A stretch of 64,000 nucleotides of DNA, taken from IMG/VR virus record IMGVR_UViG_3300009169_000019, positions 1 through 64,000 of that record; one strand, given 5' to 3'. This document shows positions 43,001-48,444 of the stretch, one piece after another. A model generated the notes under the pieces. That model did no database searches, was not told the DNA's origin, and was given only the letters and a program-made list of their open reading frames with translations. Numbering within the stretch: position 1 is the first letter of the stretch; each line of letters starts with the position of its first letter. The DNA is from a virus. Taxonomy: Duplodnaviria; Caudoviricetes. Made by a program: the position numbers and the translations under genes.

Positions 43001-43092
43001 AAAGTTTCAAGTGTTCTAATGTTTTGAACTTCAGGAACTATTGGTGTTACCTGTTCTTCACCTATGGTTAAATTTTTTAAATTACTTTCCAT
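28054..43092 (-). CDS. Giant virion RNA polymerase polyprotein (5012 aa), crAss-like two-barrel RNAP
   Basis: Catalytic GSDFDIDK (DFDID at 31846-31860), preceding FRIPTQ, DGQGW, KHS; zincin-like FHEAFE; size and context typical of Crassvirales vRNAP. Confidence 0.93.
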   Translation of the reverse strand: MESNLKNLTIGEEQVTPIVPEVQNIRTLETFVPENPFKELNFDKLTFDKLTSTSQPQYKLIGLSDADIDRGMALGKQKLQQDPFIQAQRFEAPAVPGFQSALQSDYFQDIGVIPGMDIEETYGSAQTNWNKLSNAIMGSGSLALSQMKDQFLSWGDTVDIFKGDSPFKQSELEAINSWQNDFNNKYHIFQTQEDRNTFWNVSNFSNMIQQSGYAIGAVLEIAAEEFALSALTAATFGGASEIQAARSIQLASKLGKVINNTRNLEKSLQSTNVLRKIFNNSVTKFVNPLQNTAEYITDFSKVARIDQRAFGQGVGALRTTARGFGAFYRDLRMLNAGITEAKATVAPVMNEAYETAIEEYKNINGFEPSEELKTKLKQKAFETVQTEGAVQAAWIALTDKIAFDGILRTFKGTRFLDDDLVAKGIFTNTKKTIKEGGDLFVAKKGVAAFTHQLKTSPFKTLIKFPLEYAKTNVVEGLQETGQDVIDSATKQWYLYNYGTEQQRLNQKGINDFLYAGAKEQLTMDGLKTFMSGFLTGGILNVLGGGIKGAKSLYDKTVNTDGYKSSVQRANEERNKLVALLNQSTNNKTDFYRSLVELDSSMRLNGKEGRKKEYWDSKNDFINKYVLNIVKSGMEDVIIDRMKESISDLNPDEFKQAYAGSLYDGLSEEQSKNVMTGLVSTFESKVKEVKDTYEKIRDNYGNPYNPKNYKVGTPEYNAEVANYMAAEEAINQMAFSKSTYLDVAKRQKEILTNIKNNFPNLNFNSLYSLTSPSITLKKELELLQKEFEATSDPKLKEEKKQKLDLFNKYKESVEKYSAQIEEAGDNVDEIKKIKAEFLKENSQAISEILKLDNPDVSVITTTDVINNAVGDIFDYLRLQTDFEDAVSYFNTIANPAGFEGLHQAHLGEIMEMMGDTKMYEDAGKDYIEKNPKNNKHFVLRLKNKYVLFSPKGTYVDKFETIEEANSIAEQLDEIYDENANRITIDVVDINGEPGSIQIVENNFYLTEDKKLKKSKYTKNIIKIVSIEGDNITYQLNYQPTLETKTAEEFANEFGLLKNFKNLDLFERFFYVNRDKQFRIKINKKYSKPHRLDENDYTDTSVSVDAALVGEYTEDGVFKLYMQYKNPNSKSKMKVIKVPFNLKYYEKYALKRQPSGFGLIIDSINKEILLQEAEKQNVQDLEDQQSALVNLINRVEEKLEETKAKKESNSKRLQDLQAELELFQEELASAQDYIEKNPPSKTGRKKAEYIKMKEKINSFPNAIQSIESTIVNLNEELEDLNTLNESLVEARNNYYNALDEIEKTKEVFQTDETGTIYGEAESKLEDYRKELITKRYSKEQVDKLVEDTEFEIEELKELIEKFKEFSERAKEIWKKLSKYIDVIDILNSDNSKAWLTKYLKEIEDNSQDADKIEFLKFLRKGIVQNNLYSQVVFNLSGAFKNAKNAFDKINNELYPKLQRLQQASAQLGELSTLQERVDFLKYIQNELFEEVGYIKERRRIQFETTTAERAKNAKLNPDANIVEVVNGDDLFVSEDEFKRPLIGLTGLYLTTGRHYIDKNDTEINQESGNARFFKFTDNVNVEGGEYFLMPVTRANDPYNITIDENDIKVVVVRKEGENYFPVDIVGNKIDNPTSDNIVYTSLRMNQEQLFGDISSAVEWVEERFTTKGVTKEQITNMIFKYRDFVKNIRATVSENADMYIPITGKTVGQQVMLPMGENGLPQELELQGRVIEENTTDFANLRHPNGQGIKLKVATDKSDGIKPGRLYMKRDDGQIFRLFNRQLTQEEKDNFISLLKYYAKIYQKEKVEKLTTDEEANKNLILSYFKGLVFWATDDNVIESENKFYINQTGMLYRGRTPYDLNPSIIEENKEDIVSELRHQVNNSLLTKTNIPFYVPVVDKDNNVIIDAEYSNYTEYLFKTSTPVVYTNTPLYSETDVNTPQVKSSNLTYRNVDDDFKPIINYKNQSAVTIPGVGGAAIQLVSGQIPIFKFGTATDVSSIEKETAQPEIKQNTNPESITLIPGQIPTFSFKTESQPVAEQVSKNINAETEPISIGKRLEQIQAQGIFVEPVSPEQPKPLSESEKEEALKAFNQSGGVNILSAGLGGVKPNEAYRLQLEQSVIQTEDFKKVEEWFKSKLPNIKVVKVAELIDGKAWGAFKNSIVYIYENAEIGTGFHEAFEAVWNAYLTVQEQNEFVEEFRNREGSFTNPFSKETKNYSEASHYDVREMLAEEFRNYILSEQEQISTEEKGFFGKIKQFFKDLWSTIKKYVGLSKKEKSEGESAINKLFNKINAGNYSNVRFARDISEMGTSYREVVPNTTQEFTTQFIDGLSSYFFQNLHNPNLFTDNKGNFISLNIESLLTEDENNNKILRKLFETSMSNIYEQLFGQGSIFFTNYFAPTFINYQKQIGRNLTVEENNEIKNIAYNKFSEKNRYASMIENAFQNSTIVYNILKQSLQKYGLQFAEVKDGAEEDSAPNELDVVDTSGIRDTIYIDPRRLTATSFKILIGSLTKDIYDSKTNQIYTKKNSLNLPELVDYDATLNLLLNELNGTYSKLEVDQNGEVLFVDALKAMFKKLDEKYFDKKVNQYKPNFVWINKLKKRLKYSGEAINYFTKENINIDDLKLLIGFEKSLMNKKNTPSKLIINEDSSIYLMNALESTNEDRIREEWQGELPRNLKLVTDKEENNNQLLGIDDTGNIVFDKKSVQYREFLKLKNNNDKNISIQTALLYLKDMGVAFTGVEYKENKTISDIPLNIINKRSDVISSFIKIKNSIISNEENSIINIADLYSNIGPESGNMKKLIDIEKIMRYDSSVLTHTTASGETQYSITLPASINYVLSSLNESKTLADFVASNPQFGTAGYDENGEQVVNVFAYQTNSQLLKPGGLIFDENGNKKNNIDYTLISGVTSMDTNGVDTANLTYPDRIMQEINYIINADKEGLKPIYFTIINSDKSSEFGLTFSKPFISARIAEYDIDNPNFNKVLDIYLQHLEDEIDAAIVEKALKSNIQYYSDNVKYLGHFKDVLKFKTEKELKKSGERKSGLQVRFENLLAGKITKEEFLADNVIKELIKNDLKETVNFTIDALIELGIINQITEDQFTTDAINTQVLNDYFQIDSSNITRNQLEKLVKYITINKELAVTEQHKLLYGHPALYKDLAKRANGINSSKDAIVDNPHIISKMDSLIPRFDEKIRASEKIQTFKNISFKDVTAVSNFYKQIAENLYKSILLDGISLTEAQNRVGANFNEDGTFKNFILKDGKFTGEIKAYVELNEADGQGWIMSDMYRDMLFLSGKLSQKQLDQIDYEIAYEVVARSNKSKTDPAYKTYNKGKYAVKWAEGILKKGNPNVPLPVIKPQYFGYAVNTSMMHTVFLKHSVQPKFYRSVEGTEYEKLYLAAQNNQIDVIGFESGEKVGAMLNPKTGEFVSIIKNDGAVNIELKNKQWQLPSGLPVQSLYTKFYGIQSEQPAVYKNKVVRGTQLTKLIMSNFKVNGKYINDRAEVLITNYNRLIENIVKKGKEQLLVELGITKEKDGSYTVNDYTNMINLLRKELTKRDLPSNLVDALDVNPNTKGLLYRFDTLANRDKIDNILNSIMDSRVISAKMFGKPAVQVAFTGYNSTNRTMMYLKDGVYTEMKPDDQLTEDETKSLIPTSSDLKFYELKDGKISKMEIYIPWYFENVEPEDFGMKLVNGVYQIPANMDKRLLNMIGFRIPTQGMNSIENIVVKGFLPRESGDMIVVPTEIVGKAGSDFDIDKMNLYIPNYKLKYTRFTKETINDFKSTDYYKDLPKTVKNKIKNLTEEEFKDMVEDLNQFSAGSGLGKFGDLEDYLVAQNITGEDYIFYTTFKDALIKYNKYRKDVIKNNRINNKAFTPIIESIEYVEIGQDSMESLQNELRETMEELISMPENYRQLIMPNSTATLKSLANEINDLKGKKDAENSMLALRKFIQSAETRERYLTGKRLVGIAALQSTSHIMSQISDIVLSGKYEVSKMKFLVKYDPEFKTEDGKYVKAISINLSHNESKLGEFYINAKTDAEGRWISENISEALSGFVDAAKDPFVFSLNINFNTAGTWFYLQKLGVPMKEIAYLFNQPAVENFMKSENMNNSIFRKVNKNVTFREQIFINSISKYVKIYNNEMSSVIDQINEKTNILNTTESLNEQEVINLRVEIKALKEKLFQGINEIKNKYKKPTVDELKNAIKNLNNPKYKITEDDAAMQIMLLTDYLDYVEQSSYLTEFIGAIGYDNKKTKTIIENQLQLIRWNRMLEAGFIKNPDSILDKTFIGEMKKQKEDLFSVFENMFISLDRRAYPVFEKMYEFLEDREKFISNDDKSLLINKYQRFFITYVIQNTNFKLGEIETNISAKFKELMMGENSITKQLQLLKNSEDYNISQNLAIKELIPIFANNVDDQDNIKLFRNKMTTFKNDVLIESINNLLDYAKASGNTQLENFVYNLSIFSILQSGLQDSTINYTKILPAHLYSQVVNSILDVYMNSEFTIDPNLVWKQFHQNNKSDRNIVIRPQFKKFEKYTGNVLLDTDYSDSNYEYIATSKRKNGITDSQIEKLKKFGKLYKAFDTYLHQRIGYKTIQGKFKEREYAIYSPIVASGDGRNYTETSMENQLQSNLKKNNIVTPEGYKKPSQYEETPSISSLASVPAVTQETLRNLQEATQAAIQTLQQLNPQAAATILNQPTLQTSIQKQQPLGEIKLNIIEDWVQTGQATTTVRNSSYHNSFYKGDGVYTTDKGNLVNITHRGFVKLQGDKVVGNGFSYTKDEFAKAEGFGTWANFEKGAKYAGKTLMDGGSVHLYNITPATKVVQPSASVQPKGTINVYWGQAESTTSTRILSNLAPRKFSYESIDGVTREYGSVEHAYQSNKNGKFDKVTYDAYVAKGGYGVKIAPKLTEVGKRANLQIMKDLVVESFIQNPNSEAAKKLLQYENFTHNTNELIDKAFLEGLKLAQQRLLSSQQSTSVEGAEVVSGKTITLKDAVSYPVSKINSKLLESIGYTPLQIGNILKSIC

Positions 43093-43147
43093 GTATATTG
43101 TTTATTTACTATTTGTAAAATTAAATAAAATGTGCTAAACTAACTAA

Positions 43148-46100
43148 TTATCTGCTAATATAATAACCATTGTTTTTCATTCTGGATATATACTCTTCAT
43201 TGGTTTCTCCTGGTAATTTTACTGTACTTTTTTGTTGTGTTGCTTGCTGTACAGGATTTTGCATTATTAATTTTTCTTGTTGAGCTTTTTGTTTAAGATA
43301 GCTTTTAATTCCATTAGCATTATTAAACGTCTGTTCTCTAAGTGTTCTTAATATGTTATCAACCCCAAATGTTTTATCATAATATTCTATTTTCCTTTCT
43401 CCATCTACAAATGAATTTGTAGCAGGATTATACCCTTTCATAGAATATGTTAATACAAGTTGATCATTAGCTCCTTGATTTAATGTATAATCATAATACA
43501 ACTCATTTTTTTCATAATCTGAAGCTTTAATTCCCTCAGATAACATTTTATCAGTAATTACACTTGACATATAATCATCCTTTGCAAAAGTGCTAAAAAC
43601 ATTTTTATTAATATCTAACGATATACCATTTTTAATTATTGAAGAAATAATAGGTTCTAGTTGTGTTTTAATTTGCATATCACCTTTTATTGCTAAACTT
43701 GCAATATTATCTATTAATTTTTTAGTATCAAATTCTAATTTAACATTTGATTTATCAGCGTTTGTTCCTGTATAAGATAAATAAGCATTAGATAAAGATT
43801 TATCTAAAACAGTTTGATTTCCAAATAATTCTCCTAAAACTTTAATTAAAGCATCTTCATCTACATCTTTTTTTAGTTGTTCCCAGTTTGATGGTTTAAT
43901 AGTTGTTGTTCCTTTTATTAAATTATCTCTATTATCAGCTACTGCTGATGTAGCAATGGAAGTAGCTTTATCTCTTGTAAGGTCTTCTGTGTTATTAGAA
44001 TATCTCAATTGTCTACTAAATATCCATGTATCTATATCTTCACCACGTTTTGAAGCAAATTGCTGAAATGATTTTGACCTATCTAATTCATATTGTTTTA
44101 ATTTATTAGAAACATCATTTGGCATACCAATTTTTTCAACAAGTTCTGTAAGATCATATATTTTTTCACCATCGTTATATTCATAATGCTTTTCTGTAAT
44201 AACATTTGGATCATTTTTATCACCATAATATTCTCTTCTATTTACTGGTTCAACATTAAGTCTTCCATCTATAAAAGCTTGTGCAATATCCTGTGGTAAT
44301 TTACCATAAGAAATCAAGTTTTCATTTGTTAGTGCCGTGTTTGGTAAAAGCCAATATTTTGTATCTGCTTTATAAACAGGTATATCTTTTGCTAAATCTA
44401 TAACATATTGTGAATCAATCGGTTTGAAATTTCCATATTTATCTTTACTTTGTACAACACTAATAAATTCTTTTTTAGGAATCCGTTTATAATATTGTTG
44501 TTGAAAATCATTATCTATTTTTGATATTACGTTATATTTCTTAGCTGCATCTTCATATTCAATTCTATTACGCATAAACTCAGGACTTTGACTAGCAAAA
44601 GTATTTGTTGACGCGTGTGTTATAAGTTGATTTAACTGAGATGCTGGCGATTGAGTAAATGCGGTAATATCATCGCCAAGAATTTTTTTATCTTTTAATT
44701 CATTAAAAGCTGATTCTATTTCAGACTTTAAAAATTTGGGATCGTACTTTCCACCAGAAGCATAATGATTTAAATAATCAACATATTTATTAAAATTTGA
44801 AATAGTTAATAAATCACTTTGATTTAATGCATTAGCAGCACTAGTAGTCATTAAGTTACGAGTAGAACTTAAATTATTAGCAAATGTTTTATAGTATGAA
44901 TCTTCAGGCTGTCTTTGTTGTCCATATATACTTTCAACTGTTGGAACATTTTGTTGTTCACTTTGAGTTAGGTTTTTTCTAAGTTTTGTAGTAGTACCAG
45001 CTGGAGCTGCTGTTCCTGGAATCATATTAGTAGTTGTTCCAGTTGCACCAATAATAGCATCAACATTACCATCACCATCTGTATCTATATATCTGTCATT
45101 TGCAAATCCTTGTTGTTGTCTTCTTTCTTGAGATTCCAATCTTGCATTAAGCATCTCAAATTGTAAATCTATTTTTTGAGAAGCTACATATGAAGCATCA
45201 GACGTTATTTCTTGTTTAGATGCAGCACCTCTTGCTTTTGCATTTTCTATTATAAATCTATCTTTAAATAATTCTGTAAAATAATCTTCACCTTTTGTAT
45301 TATAAAAATCACTACTTTGTAAACTACTAATCTTACTATTATAATTATTAATTGTAGATTGTAAACCACTATATAATTTTTCTTTTTCAAGATAATCTTT
45401 ATATTCTTTAGAATCAGTGGTTAAAATACCAAGTGCTAATTTACCTTTTTCTGGATTAAAAAGTGATTCTTTTATTGTATTTAACTCTTTTTCTAATCCT
45501 TCGTATTTATCATCACCTTTAAGTTGTGCATTATAAATTTTAAGTTTTTCATTATATGTTGCAATATTATTAGCAGCATAGTTTTCTTTTACAGAACGTT
45601 GTGCTTTTTCTTTAGACATTTCTGGATTTGCAGACATTAAATTAAAAACAGATGATTCAAATTGTGTAACACCTTGCACCTTAAATATATCATTTATATC
45701 AGGTCTGTTTTTTACTATACTATTTAAAACATCCTCATAAAGTTCAGAAGTACCTTGACCATTTGTTATTTTATGAATATATCCAGGTGTTGTATATGAT
45801 TGCACAATTCCATCACTATATCCTAAATTTTTTAATTCTTTTGTTATTTCACTATTAACATCAATATATGGTATAAATGGTCTAATCTGTACATTCTCTA
45901 TAGAACCATCACCACGTTTTGTTAATGCCATTTCTTTTCTAAAAAGGTCTACATAAACACGTCCATATTCCCATGCTTGATCTCTATCTTCTTTTTTATC
46001 AGAAGTTCTTAATTTTTCATAACGGCTTACTTCTTGTTGATATTGTTTACTTTTAGTATAATCGTTTAAAAAGTCTTCGTCTTCCCAAAGTGGAGAAAAC

Positions 46101-46384
46101 AATCTTTCAGCTTGTTCAACATTTTGTGAAATAGATAAGTCTTGCGTAGAAATAGTTTTTAAAGCATTTTTTGTTTGATCTAAAAACTTTTTTCTAAACT
46201 CTACATTGTCTGGACTTGACAATAAACTATTTGTTATCTTGGAATAAGCATTAGAAATTTCATCATAACCTTTCTCATATCTAGCTGTTGCCTTTTGTAA
46301 GGCATTTGCTAAATAAGGAAAATTAGGAGTGTATTGTACAGGATTAAAACCGTTATCTGTAACACCAGGCAAATATGTACTCAT
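43148..46384 (-). CDS. Virion cargo/ejection protein (1078 aa)
   Basis: Immediately upstream of the vRNAP; N-terminus MSTYLPGVTD..YTPNF; helical; no Cys seen. Confidence 0.7.
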   Translation of the reverse strand: MSTYLPGVTDNGFNPVQYTPNFPYLANALQKATARYEKGYDEISNAYSKITNSLLSSPDNVEFRKKFLDQTKNALKTISTQDLSISQNVEQAERLFSPLWEDEDFLNDYTKSKQYQQEVSRYEKLRTSDKKEDRDQAWEYGRVYVDLFRKEMALTKRGDGSIENVQIRPFIPYIDVNSEITKELKNLGYSDGIVQSYTTPGYIHKITNGQGTSELYEDVLNSIVKNRPDINDIFKVQGVTQFESSVFNLMSANPEMSKEKAQRSVKENYAANNIATYNEKLKIYNAQLKGDDKYEGLEKELNTIKESLFNPEKGKLALGILTTDSKEYKDYLEKEKLYSGLQSTINNYNSKISSLQSSDFYNTKGEDYFTELFKDRFIIENAKARGAASKQEITSDASYVASQKIDLQFEMLNARLESQERRQQQGFANDRYIDTDGDGNVDAIIGATGTTTNMIPGTAAPAGTTTKLRKNLTQSEQQNVPTVESIYGQQRQPEDSYYKTFANNLSSTRNLMTTSAANALNQSDLLTISNFNKYVDYLNHYASGGKYDPKFLKSEIESAFNELKDKKILGDDITAFTQSPASQLNQLITHASTNTFASQSPEFMRNRIEYEDAAKKYNVISKIDNDFQQQYYKRIPKKEFISVVQSKDKYGNFKPIDSQYVIDLAKDIPVYKADTKYWLLPNTALTNENLISYGKLPQDIAQAFIDGRLNVEPVNRREYYGDKNDPNVITEKHYEYNDGEKIYDLTELVEKIGMPNDVSNKLKQYELDRSKSFQQFASKRGEDIDTWIFSRQLRYSNNTEDLTRDKATSIATSAVADNRDNLIKGTTTIKPSNWEQLKKDVDEDALIKVLGELFGNQTVLDKSLSNAYLSYTGTNADKSNVKLEFDTKKLIDNIASLAIKGDMQIKTQLEPIISSIIKNGISLDINKNVFSTFAKDDYMSSVITDKMLSEGIKASDYEKNELYYDYTLNQGANDQLVLTYSMKGYNPATNSFVDGERKIEYYDKTFGVDNILRTLREQTFNNANGIKSYLKQKAQQEKLIMQNPVQQATQQKSTVKLPGETNEEYISRMKNNGYYISR

Positions 46385-46394
46385 TTCTATGTAT

Positions 46395-46410
46395 TATATT
46401 ATAAATATAC
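46395..46410 (-). promoter_or_regulatory. Candidate late-promoter motif, copy 2 (GTATATTTATAATATA)
   Basis: Intergenic, 10 nt before the 1078-aa gene start. Confidence 0.55.
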
Positions 46411-46434
46411 TTTATAAAGTTAAGACTAAAAAAC

Positions 46435-46451
46435 CAAACTTATTAAGTTTG
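46435..46451. repeat. Palindrome CAAACTT-ATT-AAGTTTG (operator-like)
   Basis: Perfect 7-bp arms; related copies at 51311 and 63245. Confidence 0.55.
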
Positions 46452-46457
46452 CTATAT

Positions 46458-48434
46458 TTAATTTCTAGACTTTCTACCTTTTGTTTGGTCATTCATCATT
46501 CCTTGTTGCATTTTCATATAATCTAGATATTCACTTACACTCATATTAGCATCTTTTGCTGCTTGTGCAATATCTTTTGCACTCATTTTTCCTGTATCAG
46601 ATTGACTATTAAAAAATCCCTGCATAGATTTAGGACTATGAAAATATATAGTTCCAGTTCCAGGTCTAACACCATAATAAGGACTTTCAGTCATACTCAT
46701 ATTATAAAGATCAGCTGCATTTCTTTGACCTTGTGTATAAGCTTGCAAAACACCTGTACGTGCTTGTCTCATAGCATTCTGATATTGTTGCTCACCTATT
46801 ACACCAGCATCATATAGACGTTTTGCTCTTTGAGCATCAAATTGTGCTTGTTGATTAGCTGTATTAGCAGCTTGCTGTGCAGCTTGATTTCCAATGGCAA
46901 CATTTTGATTAGCATATTGTCCAATAATATCAGCAGCATTTTTACCAAATTGTCCAGCGTTAAAACTATATCTGGATTGTGGACCAGCAAACATACCGGC
47001 AGCTTGTCTTGCAGCATTCATTTGTTCTGCGTTTGCAGCCAAAGCTCTGTTAGGATCAAGAAATGAAACTTCAGGTCTTTGAAATTTCATAGTTGGTTCA
47101 AAAGGATTAAACTTTCTAACACCTGCCATATTAACTATTGAATTCAAAAGATTAAGTTTATCAGGATTTGTCCAACCATATTTAATTGGAGAACTGTTAT
47201 ATGTTGTTATATTATACGCTTGTTCATTACCATCTTCTTCTTCATTTATAATATTAGGTTCATATTCAATTACACCTTCCTGCATCAAGTCTTTTTTGGG
47301 TGCAGTATTAAGATCTAATGAACGTGATTCAGCTTGTTTAAATGTAGTACCATATATATCATTAAATTCAGAAGGTTTTCTTGGTCTTTCCATTTCTACA
47401 TTGGGACCAGGTTCCATAAAATCTTCTGCAATATTAATTTTAGAAGGCTCGTTATTTTGAGAACCATTTCGATATTTATAAAAACCACCATATTTCATTC
47501 CTCCTCCATACATCATACTACCACCATACATTGCTTCAACTGGATTTTTCATTTCTTCTCTAGGATTCTCTTCTATTTGTTCTTGAGATTCAACATCAGA
47601 AGCTTGCATCATCTTTGCATAATATTCTTGTGCAATATTGGGAATACCTTGCGGATATCCTTTCTTACCTTCTTGTACAAGAGCAAGTTGTGCTAATTTC
47701 TTATTATAATTTTGAATCATCAGCTCTGCTGTACGTTTCTTAATAGAATCAGCTCTAGGATCTTCAAGAATAGCTTTATACTTATTAAGATCATATTGTT
47801 TAGCTAATTGGGCCGGAGTAAATTTTTTAGATGATTTTTCAGACTTACCAAATACACTAAGCACAGAACCGCCCATTTTCATCTTCTTTGTATCAGAAAA
47901 AATAAATGTACCTTCAGGAACATTTAATGGTACACCACCTTCAGTGTGTCTTTTACCTTTTATATTGTAATGACTTTTAGTTCCATCTTCTTTTGGAACT
48001 ACAGCAGTTTCACCACCCTCTGCTTCAATGTTTGCATACTCTCTTGGAACAGCAGACAACGTATTATTAACATCTAACTCTTCATCAGTATCTTGATTCA
48101 TCCAAAGTCTTCTAGAACCAAGATCTAATCCATATCCCATCTGACCACCATAAGCAGCAGTTTGCATATCATACCCCATATTAGAATCTTGGTCTTGTGA
48201 TTCAACACCTTGCAATTCTTGATACATTTGCATAATGGTTTGTTTTTGTTCTTCTTCTTCCATTTGTTGAAGTTGTTGAACAAGTTGTTGAGGATCGACA
48301 TTTTTAGCTTGAGCATATGCTTGTATAACTTGCATAATTTGCTCTTGAGGATTACCACTTTGTTGTTGCATTGTCATATCTCCACCATCTTGATATTTAG
48401 CAGGATACTTTTTTATTTTGACTTTGTATTTCAT
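46458..48434 (-). CDS. Virion cargo protein (658 aa) with xxGG motifs and Q/A/N-rich C-terminus
   Basis: NIEAEGGE..G.RHTEGGVPL..FIFSD motif seen in crAss-like cargo proteins; low-complexity helical tail. Confidence 0.7.
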   Translation of the reverse strand: MKYKVKIKKYPAKYQDGGDMTMQQQSGNPQEQIMQVIQAYAQAKNVDPQQLVQQLQQMEEEEQKQTIMQMYQELQGVESQDQDSNMGYDMQTAAYGGQMGYGLDLGSRRLWMNQDTDEELDVNNTLSAVPREYANIEAEGGETAVVPKEDGTKSHYNIKGKRHTEGGVPLNVPEGTFIFSDTKKMKMGGSVLSVFGKSEKSSKKFTPAQLAKQYDLNKYKAILEDPRADSIKKRTAELMIQNYNKKLAQLALVQEGKKGYPQGIPNIAQEYYAKMMQASDVESQEQIEENPREEMKNPVEAMYGGSMMYGGGMKYGGFYKYRNGSQNNEPSKINIAEDFMEPGPNVEMERPRKPSEFNDIYGTTFKQAESRSLDLNTAPKKDLMQEGVIEYEPNIINEEEDGNEQAYNITTYNSSPIKYGWTNPDKLNLLNSIVNMAGVRKFNPFEPTMKFQRPEVSFLDPNRALAANAEQMNAARQAAGMFAGPQSRYSFNAGQFGKNAADIIGQYANQNVAIGNQAAQQAANTANQQAQFDAQRAKRLYDAGVIGEQQYQNAMRQARTGVLQAYTQGQRNAADLYNMSMTESPYYGVRPGTGTIYFHSPKSMQGFFNSQSDTGKMSAKDIAQAAKDANMSVSEYLDYMKMQQGMMNDQTKGRKSRN

Positions 48435-48444
48435 TATTGTAAAT

